From positions 32,723 through 96,722 of the forward strand of contig JBDKFG010000005.1 in the NCBI GenBank assembly GCA_039798785.1: a DNA stretch of 64,000 nucleotides, in the 5' to 3' direction. Shown here one piece after another: positions 17,852-27,412 of this stretch. Origin of the DNA: Verrucomicrobiota bacterium (GTDB lineage: Bacteria > Verrucomicrobiota > Lentisphaeria > Lentisphaerales > Lentisphaeraceae). Position 1 is the first letter of the stretch; each line of letters opens with the position of its first letter. Both the position numbers and the translations under genes were made by a program. The notes beneath the pieces are model-generated. The model worked only from the letters and a program-made list of their open reading frames with translations, was not told the origin of the DNA and did no database searches.

Positions 17852-18022
17852 ATGGCCGCTCAAGAAGCTTACTGCGTTAAGTGCAAAGCCAAGAAAGAAA
17901 TGGTTGACGCCAAAGAAGTCAAGATGGCCAACGGCCGTCCCGCCATGAAAGGTTCCTGCAAGACCTGCAAGACCGGCATGTACAAGATCCTCGCCGCCGC
18001 CAAGACCGCCAAGAAGAAGTAA
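17852..18022 (+). CDS. Small basic zinc-ribbon protein (DUF5679-like)
   Basis: 56 aa, YCVKC...NGRPAMKGSCKTC, Lys-rich, strongly biased codons, terminator downstream. Confidence 0.85.
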   Translation: MAAQEAYCVKCKAKKEMVDAKEVKMANGRPAMKGSCKTCKTGMYKILAAAKTAKKK

Positions 18023-18043
18023 TTCTTCCGCCGTCCAGGCTCA

Positions 18044-18074
18044 GGGCTCTCCTCGCGGAGAGCCCGTTTTGTTT
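18044..18074 (+). terminator. Rho-independent terminator
   Basis: gggctctc-ctcgcg-gagagccc followed by gttttgttt. Confidence 0.75.
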
Positions 18075-18339
18075 CGATGTGTATCACACCGAATTGAACT
18101 TGAACTGAGATGTATTCAAGCTGCTTTTCAGGGGGGCGGGAACTCACTAAGCTGTGGTCCTGAAATTCACGGAAGACAGATAAAAAAACGCGACCTGTAT
18201 CACTCGAAGGAACGAAGAAGCGAATCAAGCTTGATGGCCGCAAAAGGCACAAGGCTCATGAGAAACCGATTCCTGAGCCTGGATCAACCTCAATCCTGCA
18301 GCCGCGTGATTAAACCTGAAAACCGCTGGTGAGCAACAG

Positions 18340-18497
18340 AACCGGGTTGAAAGGTTGAAACGCAAGGCATTGAACAACAAAAGTCAGCGACTATTTGACG
18401 CGAACAGGAGAGCCTTCCCATTAGAGGTCATTCCGACGGATCATCGAATGAGACAAGCTATTGTTGTTGCAACTAATCCATCCAAGCTTTCAACTGC
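18340..18497. repeat. MITE-like element bounded by imperfect inverted GTTGAAAG-type ends
   Basis: Left gttgaaaggttgaaacgcaaggcattgaacaacaa, right ttgttgttgc...cttttcaac; related to 29119-29237. Confidence 0.6.
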
Positions 18498-18573
18498 GGC
18501 TTTTAGGTTAAAGCGCGAAAGATTGAAAAGCAATAACTGCAACTGCGGCTTTCGGCATCACGCTGCACAAACA

Positions 18574-18595
18574 GCCCGGCGCGAATGTGCCGGGC
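18574..18595 (-). terminator. Probable terminator of the DUF349 gene
   Basis: gcccggc...gccgggc hairpin followed by tgtttgt on the - strand. Confidence 0.45.
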
Positions 18596-18622
18596 TGCAT
18601 GAAGAGAACAGCGGGAAAAGCC

Positions 18623-21331
18623 TCAGGAGAGCGCGGAGGCCAGCTTGGCCCAAGCCTTGAGGGCAAGACTGCGGAAGGCTGCGTCTCGGGCGGCGTCGCC
18701 GCCGCCACCGAGCCAGGCCGCGGCACAGCAGCACCATCTGCGGGCGCCTTCGAGCGGATCCTCGCCCCGAGGAGCGTCGGGCATCGAGTTGGACATGATG
18801 GCACTCTGGATCGCGGCGGCGAGGTCCAATGCGGCCGGCTGGCTGCCTGCCTTCTGGTAATCGCGACGGGCGAGCTGTTCCATCTCCTTGATCATGCCGG
18901 CGCGGGCGGCTTCGCCAGGGCCTTCCAACGCGGCGCAGAGCTCTTTCAGGGCGATGGCGTCGCCTTCCTCGGCCCCCAGGGCGACGCGCAGCTGGCGAGC
19001 AGCCTCGGTGATCTGCTGCAGCGACAACTCAGCCAAGACTTTGTCGGCCTTGCGCCGGGCCTTGGCATAGCGCTGCTGCGCCGCCGTCTCCTGCGGCGGA
19101 GCAGCTGGAGGCAGGGCTGAAAGAGCCGAACCGAGAGCGGCGAAACGGGCCTTGGAGAGATACCAATGCGTGGCTTCGGCGGCGGCTTCGGCGGCGGCGA
19201 GCAGCGTCTCGCGAGCCTGGTCGTCGGCGCTGCGGCGTGCGACCTTTTCTTCATGCTGGGACTTCAGAGCGGAGAAGAAGCTGTCGCAAAGTGCCGAGAA
19301 TTCCGCCTTGAGAGCCTCATCGAGACAGGGGGGGCCGGCGCGTCGCCAGTCTTCCTGCATCGCCTTGACGGCGGGCGAATGGCGCGGGTCGGGCCGTTCA
19401 CAGAGGGGGCGGAGTTTCTCGACGATTTCACGGCGGCGCTTGTCGACCGCGTCGAGCTGCTGGCGGCGGCTGTCGTGCCAAGCGGCGGCGCGGGCGAAGA
19501 AGCCGTCGCAGACGGCGCGGAAGCGCTGTCTCAGCCCCTCATCGGCATCCTTGCCGGCGAAGCCGATGTGGCGCCAGCGCTCCTGCATTTCCTTGAGAGT
19601 CTGGGAGCCGGCCTTCCAGTCGCTTCCGGCGGCAATCGCTTCGGCGGCGGCGATCAGCGCCTCCTTCTCCTGCTTGTGCCTGGCAGAGCGGGCGGCGGAG
19701 AGTTCCCAGATGCGGTTGCAGAGGGTGCGGAACTCCTCCCAGAGCGGCTCGGAGCCGTCGCCCTTGTGGCCTCCGGCGTTCTTCCACAGGTCCATCAGCT
19801 CGCGGGCCCGCCCGGCGGCGCCGTTGCTCTCCGCTTGGGCGGCGAGATGGCGGGCTTCGTTGAGCAGCTCCTCCTTGGCGGTGATGCTGGCGAAGGTGGC
19901 GGCGGCGCGGGATTCCGCGGCGGCCTTCATTCGAGACTGCATGCGGTGCAGGCAGCCGGCGAGACGCTCGCGCTGCCCTCCCTGGGTTCCGGCAGCAAGG
20001 AGAGTTTCGGCCTCGGCGCAGAGAGCGGCGGTCTCGGCAGCCAGGGGATTGGCGGTTTCGAGGGCGCTGATCAAGGCGCTGAGCTTACCGCCTTCTTCCT
20101 TGCGCTGCTGCTCCTCGGCGGCGAGAGCCGGGGCCAAGGTTTCGGCGACGGCGCTCCAGGCCTTGAGCTGCTCCTCGTCGGAGACTTTCAGTTCGACCCA
20201 GGCCTGCTGCATGCGGCGCCAGGCATGCCCGAGACCACTGCGGCCGGGCTCGAGCTTGGCGGCAGCAGCGATCAGATCAGCCGCACGCTGGTGCTTGCGA
20301 TGCTGATCTGCAAGAAGACGGGCGACCTGCTTCTGATGCTGGCGGAACTTCTCCACCGCCTGGCGGAATTTGTCGTCGTAATGAGGCGCGACATCGGGAG
20401 GCAGGGCGGGCAGCCCCTGCCACTCGCGGCGCAGCTCCTCGATCTTGGCCTCGGCATCGCCGACCAGGACTTCCGAACCGAGGATGGCCAGCACTTCGTC
20501 GCGCTGGGCCAGGGCTTCGCGCAAGGCGGCGGCGCGGGCGCTACGCTCGCGCTCCTTGACCTGCCAGGCGGCCTGGGCCGCTTCGGCGCGTGCCAATGCC
20601 TCGTCCCAGCGATGGCGCTGCGCCGGCTCGGCCTGGGCGGCGATCTCCTCCCATTGCTGGCGCTGCTCCTCAAGCTGGGCTCCCAGTTGCGACCAGTCGG
20701 GCAGGGTGGCCATGCCGGCGACGACGCGGATCAGCTGTTCGGCGCGGCGCTGGTGTCGGCGTGTCTCGTCCTGCTCCTTCGCGGTCTCCGTCACGGGAGC
20801 GGCCGCGAGGCGCTCCTTGGCGGCGGCGCGCACGTGCTTGTTGCGGGCGCCGTCGGCGATCTTGCGGCAATGAGCATCGTCAATGCGGCTGAGACAGACC
20901 AGGGCCAGATCCTTGTCTTCTCCCATCGCCAGGTGCACCAGATCGTCCTGATCGTGGATCCGCGACGCGGCGCTGAGGCGGGCTTGCCGTCCATGGGCGC
21001 CTTTGGCGAGGCGCAGCAGGTCTTTCTCGGAGAAGGCCTGCAGTTGCTCGGCGCTGAGCGCCTCTTCGCTGTCAAGACAGGCTTTGAATTCGATCTCATG
21101 GGCGCGTTGCGCCGCGAGACTTGCGGCTTCGCCGCTGCACTGGGCGGCGAGACGGCGCAGCAGGGCGGCATCGGTCTCGATCTCGAGACGCTTGCGAACG
21201 ACGGCGAGGTCCTCCTCGGCAGCGATCAACTGGGCGAGGCGGACCGGATCGGTCTCCTGCTTCAGTGCCTCGAGACGGACAAGGGGATTGGAGTGCTTGT
21301 GGGCGGCGCGAATCAGGTCGAGTAGGCTCAT
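18623..21331 (-). CDS. DUF349-domain helical protein
   Basis: Repeated W..IG....D..L..RF...CD.FF / KE.L..EA units; N-terminal HKHSNPLVRLEAL. Confidence 0.85.
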   Translation of the reverse strand: MSLLDLIRAAHKHSNPLVRLEALKQETDPVRLAQLIAAEEDLAVVRKRLEIETDAALLRRLAAQCSGEAASLAAQRAHEIEFKACLDSEEALSAEQLQAFSEKDLLRLAKGAHGRQARLSAASRIHDQDDLVHLAMGEDKDLALVCLSRIDDAHCRKIADGARNKHVRAAAKERLAAAPVTETAKEQDETRRHQRRAEQLIRVVAGMATLPDWSQLGAQLEEQRQQWEEIAAQAEPAQRHRWDEALARAEAAQAAWQVKERERSARAAALREALAQRDEVLAILGSEVLVGDAEAKIEELRREWQGLPALPPDVAPHYDDKFRQAVEKFRQHQKQVARLLADQHRKHQRAADLIAAAAKLEPGRSGLGHAWRRMQQAWVELKVSDEEQLKAWSAVAETLAPALAAEEQQRKEEGGKLSALISALETANPLAAETAALCAEAETLLAAGTQGGQRERLAGCLHRMQSRMKAAAESRAAATFASITAKEELLNEARHLAAQAESNGAAGRARELMDLWKNAGGHKGDGSEPLWEEFRTLCNRIWELSAARSARHKQEKEALIAAAEAIAAGSDWKAGSQTLKEMQERWRHIGFAGKDADEGLRQRFRAVCDGFFARAAAWHDSRRQQLDAVDKRRREIVEKLRPLCERPDPRHSPAVKAMQEDWRRAGPPCLDEALKAEFSALCDSFFSALKSQHEEKVARRSADDQARETLLAAAEAAAEATHWYLSKARFAALGSALSALPPAAPPQETAAQQRYAKARRKADKVLAELSLQQITEAARQLRVALGAEEGDAIALKELCAALEGPGEAARAGMIKEMEQLARRDYQKAGSQPAALDLAAAIQSAIMSNSMPDAPRGEDPLEGARRWCCCAAAWLGGGGDAARDAAFRSLALKAWAKLASALS

Positions 21332-21431
21332 GTTTCACCAGCTTGGGGGTTGATCTCGCCGAAGCTAGGGCCATACGCCAGAATCTCAATGCCTGAAGTC
21401 AAAATCGGCCGCGAGGGAATCCGTCCCCGAT

Positions 21432-21890
21432 TCAGGCCTTGAAGGAAAGCAGGTACTTCACCGCCGCCGCGGCGGACTTCGACTCGACCAGCTTCTCGAC
21501 CTTCTTGGGATTGCGGACGAACTTGGCGATGTGCTGCAGCAGCGGCATGTGGGCGACCGGAGCGAAGGCCGGGATGGCGATGATGAAAAACACCTTCACC
21601 GGCTGGGCATCGGGAGCCTCGGGGAAATCGAGACCGCCGGGAAAAATCGCCACCGCCAATCCGAGCCGCGAGGCGGTATGGGTCCGGGCATGAGGGATGG
21701 CGACGGCATTTCCGACTGCAGTGGTGTACTGGCTTTCCCTGACGATAAGATCCTCGACGAAGCGGTCGCCGTCGCTGACGATGCCGGCATCGACAAGAGG
21801 CTGCACCGCCAGACGCAAGCCATCCTGCAGGCCCATGGCCATCAGATCCGACTGCAGATGGGAGGTCGGAAGCAGTTTGGTCAGATCCAT
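21432..21890 (-). CDS. PTS EIIA-domain protein (fructose/mannitol/Ntr family)
   Basis: RESQYTTAVGNAVAIPHAR with the phosphoacceptor His; F.APDAQPV..FF. Confidence 0.88.
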   Translation of the reverse strand: MDLTKLLPTSHLQSDLMAMGLQDGLRLAVQPLVDAGIVSDGDRFVEDLIVRESQYTTAVGNAVAIPHARTHTASRLGLAVAIFPGGLDFPEAPDAQPVKVFFIIAIPAFAPVAHMPLLQHIAKFVRNPKKVEKLVESKSAAAAVKYLLSFKA

Positions 21891-21892
21891 AT

Positions 21893-22243
21893 TCAGCTCT
21901 CCTGACCGAAGGATTCGAGGTAGATGTAGATGTTGCAACTCGGGCAGATCGCCTGTATCCGTCCGGAACGGATGTTATTGAGATCTCCGGCAGGCATCAC
22001 CACTTGGCATGCGCGGCAGCGTCCGCCGATCTCGCGCGAGATCCCCATGCCGTTGCGCTTGACCTGGTCGTAATGGGCCAGAAAGGAGGCGGGTACTTTC
22101 TTGCGCAAGTCGGCAATCTTCCTCTTCAAATTCTTGTCGTCGACGGCACCGGAGCCGTGGACTATGGCGCTCTCGTGAAGAACCAATTCAAGCTCCTGAA
22201 TCTTGAGAAGCTGCGTCAGCGGACCCTTCGGCATTTTTCCCAC
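21893..22243 (-). CDS. C4-type zinc ribbon protein (DUF164/CT398-like, short form)
   Basis: L..IQELE N-terminus, CRAC...CPSC; stop 2 nt from the next gene. Confidence 0.8.
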   Translation of the reverse strand: MGKMPKGPLTQLLKIQELELVLHESAIVHGSGAVDDKNLKRKIADLRKKVPASFLAHYDQVKRNGMGISREIGGRCRACQVVMPAGDLNNIRSGRIQAICPSCNIYIYLESFGQES

Positions 22244-22353
22244 CCCGGTTTTGATTGCTCTGTTGCGGACAATCTAGGCCCAAAGCGCCAGGTATACAAG
22301 ACCGCCGCCGCCGGCCTTCAAAGGAAGTCGGCGGCGGCAGGAACGAGGGAGGC

Positions 22354-23088
22354 TTATCGCGACAGGGGCAAGGCGTCGGAGCTCAGGCGAGGAGCATCGG
22401 GGCTCAGCGGCGACAGGTCGGGCGGCATGGGAGGCCTCATCGATTCATGCGACAGGCGGGGATCGGGCGCCCTGTATTCGAGGTCAGGCTGTTCGAAAAT
22501 CCGTCCCAGGACGTCAACCCCGACCGGGGCGTTGTCGACGCAGACTAGAACCACCACCGCCACCAACATCACCACCGAGGCGATGATCTCGGTCAAGGAG
22601 GCCAGCTCAGGTTCACCGTCATGTTCGAAGGAACGCTGCAGAAAGGCGAAAACGAACTCGCCGAGAAGGACGGCGAAGATCAGATACAGAATCGAGGATT
22701 CGAGGTAGGCGCTCCAGTTGCCGTTCCTGGTGGCCGTGGCGTCGTGCAAGGCGAGGAAGCCCATCACCAGGAAGCCTCCGACGGCGAATTTCCAAGTTGC
22801 GGCCCGGGCATGGGCGGCGGCGATCGCCATCTCTGGCTGTTTGACGTTCCGCACCGAAAACAGCTCCATCAACATCTCCGGCAGGACATGGAAGAGATTG
22901 CGACCGTGCAGCGCCAACATGCAGCCCAGAACGCCAATGAGCGTCACCTTGTAGGGCATGGTGTTGATCAGGAATGGAGCGCTCTCCACCGCATGGCTCA
23001 AAAGCCAGAAGAATCCGAGAATCAAGGCGATCACCCCTAGGACTCGGCAGATCGAGAAACGACGGGGCATTTCAGAAGAATTATCCAT
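22354..23088 (-). CDS. Hypothetical multi-pass membrane protein
   Basis: About 5 hydrophobic segments; only weak MotA-like resemblance. Confidence 0.6.
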   Translation of the reverse strand: MDNSSEMPRRFSICRVLGVIALILGFFWLLSHAVESAPFLINTMPYKVTLIGVLGCMLALHGRNLFHVLPEMLMELFSVRNVKQPEMAIAAAHARAATWKFAVGGFLVMGFLALHDATATRNGNWSAYLESSILYLIFAVLLGEFVFAFLQRSFEHDGEPELASLTEIIASVVMLVAVVVLVCVDNAPVGVDVLGRIFEQPDLEYRAPDPRLSHESMRPPMPPDLSPLSPDAPRLSSDALPLSR

Positions 23089-23188
23089 GAGCAAGCTCCT
23101 TAAGGCTTTTTATTCCCCCAATTATAGTGCCATTTTGCCATAGAGCCGCTTATCTTGCACAAAAATCACCTGCATTGGGCCTGAAAAA

Positions 23189-24265
23189 ATGGAAATCTCC
23201 TTTGTCTTCCCCTGCTTCCGCCGCCAAGACGCCGTCGACGAGACCTTGCGGCGCCTGGCCGAATGCACGCTGCCGTTCGAGGCCATCGCCATCGACAACT
23301 CGCCGGAACCGCTCGCCTTCCCTCCCCTCCCCTGGCTGCGCAGCTTCCGCAACCCGGTGAACACCGGCGCCGCCGCCCGCAACCTCGGCCTCGACCTGGC
23401 GCAAGCGCCGGTCACGGTGATGCTCGATGACGACTCCCATCCCCAAGCCGGCTCCATCGAGGCCTTGACGGGCTTCCTTGCCCAGGCTCCGCCCGAATGC
23501 GCCGGAGTCATCGGCCGGATCGAAAACCTCAGCGGTCCCGGCGAAGCTTCGCTCCTCCCCAGCGTCTTCCACGGCGCCGGCGCCGCCTTCCGCACCGAGA
23601 CGATGCGGAGATTCCAGCTCCGCTACCCCGAATCCTTCCTCTTCTACGGCGAGGAATACCGCCTCAGCCTCGAGATCGCCCGCGCCGGCCTCTTCCTCCT
23701 GCCTTGCCCGGAATTCCGCCTCCTCCACCGCCGCGATCCGAATCAACGCAGTCTCGACAAGATCTTCTACAACCTCGGCCGCCACAACCGCGCCACCTGG
23801 GCCGGCATCGTGCCGGAAGAATACGAAGAGCTCTGCATCGCCGACTCGCTCGAGCGCTATCGCCTCACCGCGGCCAAGGAAGGCGTCCCCGCCGCGCTCG
23901 AACGGGGCCTCAAGGAAGCGGTCGAAGATCTGCCCGGTCCGCGGATGGCGCTTGCCGATTTCCGCCGCCTGATGCTTCTCGATCGCCTCGCCGCGACTCC
24001 GATTCCGGGTCAGTCCCTGATCCTCTGCGGCAGCGGCAAAGCGCCCAGCCTGTGGTGCCGTGAACTGGAGGAACGCGGCATCTCGGTGCAGCTCGCCGAT
24101 CTCAACCCGGGCATCGCCGGCAAGGATTTCCGCGGCCGCCGCGTCCTCAGCCTCGATCAAGCCCAAGAAAGCGCCGCCCCCTGCCTCCTCGGCCTCGCCT
24201 CGCCCATCGAGGAAAATCGCTGGATCGATGCGATCGGAAGCCAGCGAATCATCCGGCTGGCCTGA
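23189..24265 (+). CDS. Glycosyltransferase family 2
   Basis: ISFVFPC, AIDN, NTGAAARNLG, MLDDD, FYGEE. Confidence 0.88.
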   Translation: MEISFVFPCFRRQDAVDETLRRLAECTLPFEAIAIDNSPEPLAFPPLPWLRSFRNPVNTGAAARNLGLDLAQAPVTVMLDDDSHPQAGSIEALTGFLAQAPPECAGVIGRIENLSGPGEASLLPSVFHGAGAAFRTETMRRFQLRYPESFLFYGEEYRLSLEIARAGLFLLPCPEFRLLHRRDPNQRSLDKIFYNLGRHNRATWAGIVPEEYEELCIADSLERYRLTAAKEGVPAALERGLKEAVEDLPGPRMALADFRRLMLLDRLAATPIPGQSLILCGSGKAPSLWCRELEERGISVQLADLNPGIAGKDFRGRRVLSLDQAQESAAPCLLGLASPIEENRWIDAIGSQRIIRLA

Positions 24266-24554
24266 GCCGCAAGAAGCGCTTCAGGCGTTCAACATTCCAG
24301 TTGAAAGCCCGACGACTCAGACGCCCGCCGTTGAAGCGATTCATGGCCGCAGCGGTGAAGAGGATTGAGCTGGGGAGAGAAACGACGCAAAAACCGCTAA
24401 CAAATAGCCAGCTCTCACGACTCATATTGGAAAACTCTGTCGTCATCGTCATGATTGTGATCATATAGGTGCACCACATGAACAATCCCAGGAACGCGCA
24501 GGCGAATCGAGTCACGGGGGAAATCGGCACTACAGGCTGAGAAAAGATTTTCAT
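24249..24554 (-). CDS. Small membrane protein
   Basis: Two hydrophobic helices; lower GC. Confidence 0.45.
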   Translation of the reverse strand: MKIFSQPVVPISPVTRFACAFLGLFMWCTYMITIMTMTTEFSNMSRESWLFVSGFCVVSLPSSILFTAAAMNRFNGGRLSRRAFNWNVERLKRFLRLRPAG

Positions 24555-24629
24555 CCTCGTCCTCCTATGTCTTCAAAGCCATTATAGTTCGAAAAAATCC
24601 GCGATTCAAGACATCCAAGGAACTCCGCC

Positions 24630-26447
24630 ATGATCCGCTCCACCGCCGAAGCCTGCCGCCACCTCGAAGAACAGGGCCAGCTCCTCCGCATCAAGGAAGA
24701 AGTCGATCCGAACCTGGTCATGGCCCAGGTCGCCCTCCTCGCCCAGGCGGCGGGTGCCCCGGCCCTCCTCTTCGAAAAGGTCAAAGGTTCGCCCTTCAAA
24801 GCCGCCGCCAACCTCTTCGGCACCAGCAAACGCGCCCGGATCCTGCTCGACGGCTTCGACCGCACCGCCCGCCTCCTGGCACTGAAAAAGGATCCGCCGC
24901 AAGCCCTCAAGATGCCCTACGACTGCCTCCGGGCCGCCTGGCAGATCCTGCCGCAAAAAATCAGCGCCGAAAAGGCCCCGCTCCTGCACGGCCACACCAC
25001 CCTGTCGAAACTCCCGGCCCCGAGAAGCTGGCCTCTCGATGGCGGCCCCTTCGTCACCCTGCCGCAGGTCTACACGGAAGATCCCGCCGCGCCGGGCTGG
25101 AAGAAGTCGAACCTCGGGATGTACCGGGTCCAGCTCGCCGGTAACGATTATGTGCCGGAACGCGAATGCGGCCTGCACTACCAGATCCACCGCGGCATCG
25201 GCGTCCATCACGAAGCGCACCGCCGCCTCGGCAAGCCCTTCCGCGTCGCCATCTTCGTCGGCGGCCCCCCGGCGATGAGCTTCTCCGCCGTCATGCCCCT
25301 GCCCGAAGGCATGCCCGAAATCGCCTTCGCCGGGGTCCTCGGCAATGCCCGCATCCGCCTCAGCCGCTGGCGCGACTGGACCGTCTCCGCCGATGCCGAC
25401 TTCTGCATCATCGGCACCATCGATCCCGATAAACTCAAGCCGGAAGGTCCCTTCGGCGACCACCTCGGCTATTACTCGCTCACCCACGACTTCCCGCTTC
25501 TGCAGGTCGAAGCGGTCTTCCACCGTCCCGACGCGATCTGGCCCTTCACCGTCGTCGGCCGTCCGCCTCAGGAGGACTCGGTCTTCGGCGAACTCATCCA
25601 CGACCTCGCCGGGCCGATCCTTCCCACCGAGATTCCAGGCCTGGTCGAGGCCCACGCGGTCGATGCCGCCGGGGTTCACCCGCTCCTCCTCGCCAAGGCA
25701 CGCGAACGCTACACTCCCTACGCCGAAGTCGACCGTCCACAGGAGATCCTCACCGTCGCCCACGCCCTCCTCGGCAAGGGCCAGCTCTCCCTCGCCAAGG
25801 TGATCCTCATCGCCCGCGACCAGCAGGACTGCCCCTCGACCCAGGACGAAGGTGGCTTCCTCGATTTCGTCCTCAGCCGCGCCGATTTCCGCCGCGACCT
25901 TCACTTCACCACCCAGACCACTGCCGACACCCTCGATTATTCCTGCGGCGGCATCGTCAACCAAGGCTCGAAACTGGTCATCGCCGCCTGCGGCCCGGCC
26001 CGCCGGACTCCCGGCACGGAGATGCCCGGCCTGGTTCTGCCGATGGGCTTTCGCGACCCGGCCCTCGCCCGCCCCGGCATCCTCTGCCTCAAGGCGCCGA
26101 AGTTCACCAGCACCGCCGCCGCCAGCGCCGAAGTGCGCGCCCTCGAGGCCTGCAACCCCTCGCTCGACCTGATGAAGTGGCCGCTCATCGTCCTCTGCGA
26201 CGACCCCGCCTTCTGCGCCAAGAACCTGCACAACTTCCTGTGGACGGTGTTCACCCGCCTCGACCCGGCCCGCGACGTGCACGGCTTCGGCGAGGAGATC
26301 GTCGACAAGCATTGGGGCTGCGCCGGCCCCTTGGTCTTCGACGCCCGCCTCAAGCCCTGGAACGCCCCGGAGTTGGTCGCCGATCCGGCCAGCGTCGAGA
26401 CGGCGCGGCAAATCCTGAAGCGCCATGGTGTGGTCTGTCATGACTGA
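24630..26447 (+). CDS. UbiD-family (prenyl-FMN) decarboxylase, long form
   Basis: WPLDGGPFVTLP, NLGMYRVQ, PEGPFGDHLGYY, TVVGRPPQED. Confidence 0.93.
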   Translation: MIRSTAEACRHLEEQGQLLRIKEEVDPNLVMAQVALLAQAAGAPALLFEKVKGSPFKAAANLFGTSKRARILLDGFDRTARLLALKKDPPQALKMPYDCLRAAWQILPQKISAEKAPLLHGHTTLSKLPAPRSWPLDGGPFVTLPQVYTEDPAAPGWKKSNLGMYRVQLAGNDYVPERECGLHYQIHRGIGVHHEAHRRLGKPFRVAIFVGGPPAMSFSAVMPLPEGMPEIAFAGVLGNARIRLSRWRDWTVSADADFCIIGTIDPDKLKPEGPFGDHLGYYSLTHDFPLLQVEAVFHRPDAIWPFTVVGRPPQEDSVFGELIHDLAGPILPTEIPGLVEAHAVDAAGVHPLLLAKARERYTPYAEVDRPQEILTVAHALLGKGQLSLAKVILIARDQQDCPSTQDEGGFLDFVLSRADFRRDLHFTTQTTADTLDYSCGGIVNQGSKLVIAACGPARRTPGTEMPGLVLPMGFRDPALARPGILCLKAPKFTSTAAASAEVRALEACNPSLDLMKWPLIVLCDDPAFCAKNLHNFLWTVFTRLDPARDVHGFGEEIVDKHWGCAGPLVFDARLKPWNAPELVADPASVETARQILKRHGVVCHD

Positions 26448-26706
26448 GGCCTGGAGCGCTGCCGACGCGGCGGCCGAGCTGGCCCGTCTGGAGAAGAAGA
26501 AGCGCCGTAGCGCCAGCGACGAGAAATGCCTGAGTCTCTTGCGCGACGCCTTCGATCCGGAAGCCTGCGCCCGCCTGGCCCAGTGGTTCGCCGCCGCCGA
26601 ACACGCACCGACCTGCTCCGGCAAAGGTGCCCCGGTGCGGGAAACGCATCTCGAACGGGTGCGTCAGCAATTGATCTCAGAAGCCCAGTCCCTTTCCCGC
26701 GGCTGA
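26440..26706 (+). CDS. Hypothetical protein
   Basis: 88-aa ORF overlapping the UbiD stop, GC3-type codon bias. Confidence 0.5.
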   Translation: MTEAWSAADAAAELARLEKKKRRSASDEKCLSLLRDAFDPEACARLAQWFAAAEHAPTCSGKGAPVRETHLERVRQQLISEAQSLSRG

Positions 26707-26818
26707 GCCTCACGCCCCCGGTCCCTCCGATTATGCCGCGGCTTTGGAATCCCAAATGACTTGCGCCGCCGAGGGACGCGGGTAGTTTCGCAGCGCAACC
26801 ACCCCGGAGACTCTTGAA

Positions 26819-27412
26819 ATGAGCCAAGCCCCTGTCCGCATCGAACGGAAAACCCGCGAGACCCAGATCAGCCTCGAACTCGCCCTCAACCAGCTCGGTG
26901 AATCGAAACTCGACACCAGCGTCCCCTTCCTCGACCACATGCTGTCGCACATCTGCAAACACGGCCGGATGAAGATGGACCTGAAAGCCGTCGGCGATCT
27001 CGAGATCGACTACCACCACACCGTCGAAGACGTCGCCATCGTCCTCGGCAACGCCATCGACAAGGCCACCGCCGACATGAGCGGCGTCGCCCGCTACGGC
27101 CACTTCACCCTGCCGATGGAGGAAGTGCTGGTCACCGTCGCCATCGACATCCGCAAGAGCCCGCACTTCGAATACCGCGTCCCCGCCATCTTCGACGGCC
27201 GCATGGGCACCTTCGATGTCGAGCTGATCAAGGAGTTCCTCCGCGCCTTCGCCATCTCCGGCCGCCTCAACCTCCACGTCTTCGTCCACTACGGCGAAAA
27301 CCGCCACCACATCGCCGAAGCGATCTTCAAAGCCCTCGGCCGCGCCCTCGCCATGGCCTGCGCCCGCGACGCCAGCGGCGCCCTGCCTTCAACCAAAGGA
27401 GTCCTCGAATGA
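26819..27412 (+). CDS. hisB: Imidazoleglycerol-phosphate dehydratase
   Basis: RKTRETQI, FLDHML, GDLEIDYHHTVED, NRHHIAEAIFKA, LPSTKG. Confidence 0.96.
   Translation: MSQAPVRIERKTRETQISLELALNQLGESKLDTSVPFLDHMLSHICKHGRMKMDLKAVGDLEIDYHHTVEDVAIVLGNAIDKATADMSGVARYGHFTLPMEEVLVTVAIDIRKSPHFEYRVPAIFDGRMGTFDVELIKEFLRAFAISGRLNLHVFVHYGENRHHIAEAIFKALGRALAMACARDASGALPSTKGVLE

Noticed and set aside
18340..18540. GTTGAAAC/ATTGAAA motifs resembling CRISPR repeat ends
   Set aside because: No regularly spaced 25-40 bp direct repeats with unique spacers and no cas genes in the window
18069..18660. Short ORFs 18069-18332 and 18355-18660
   Set aside because: TTG starts, no motifs, and they overlap a terminator and repeat elements
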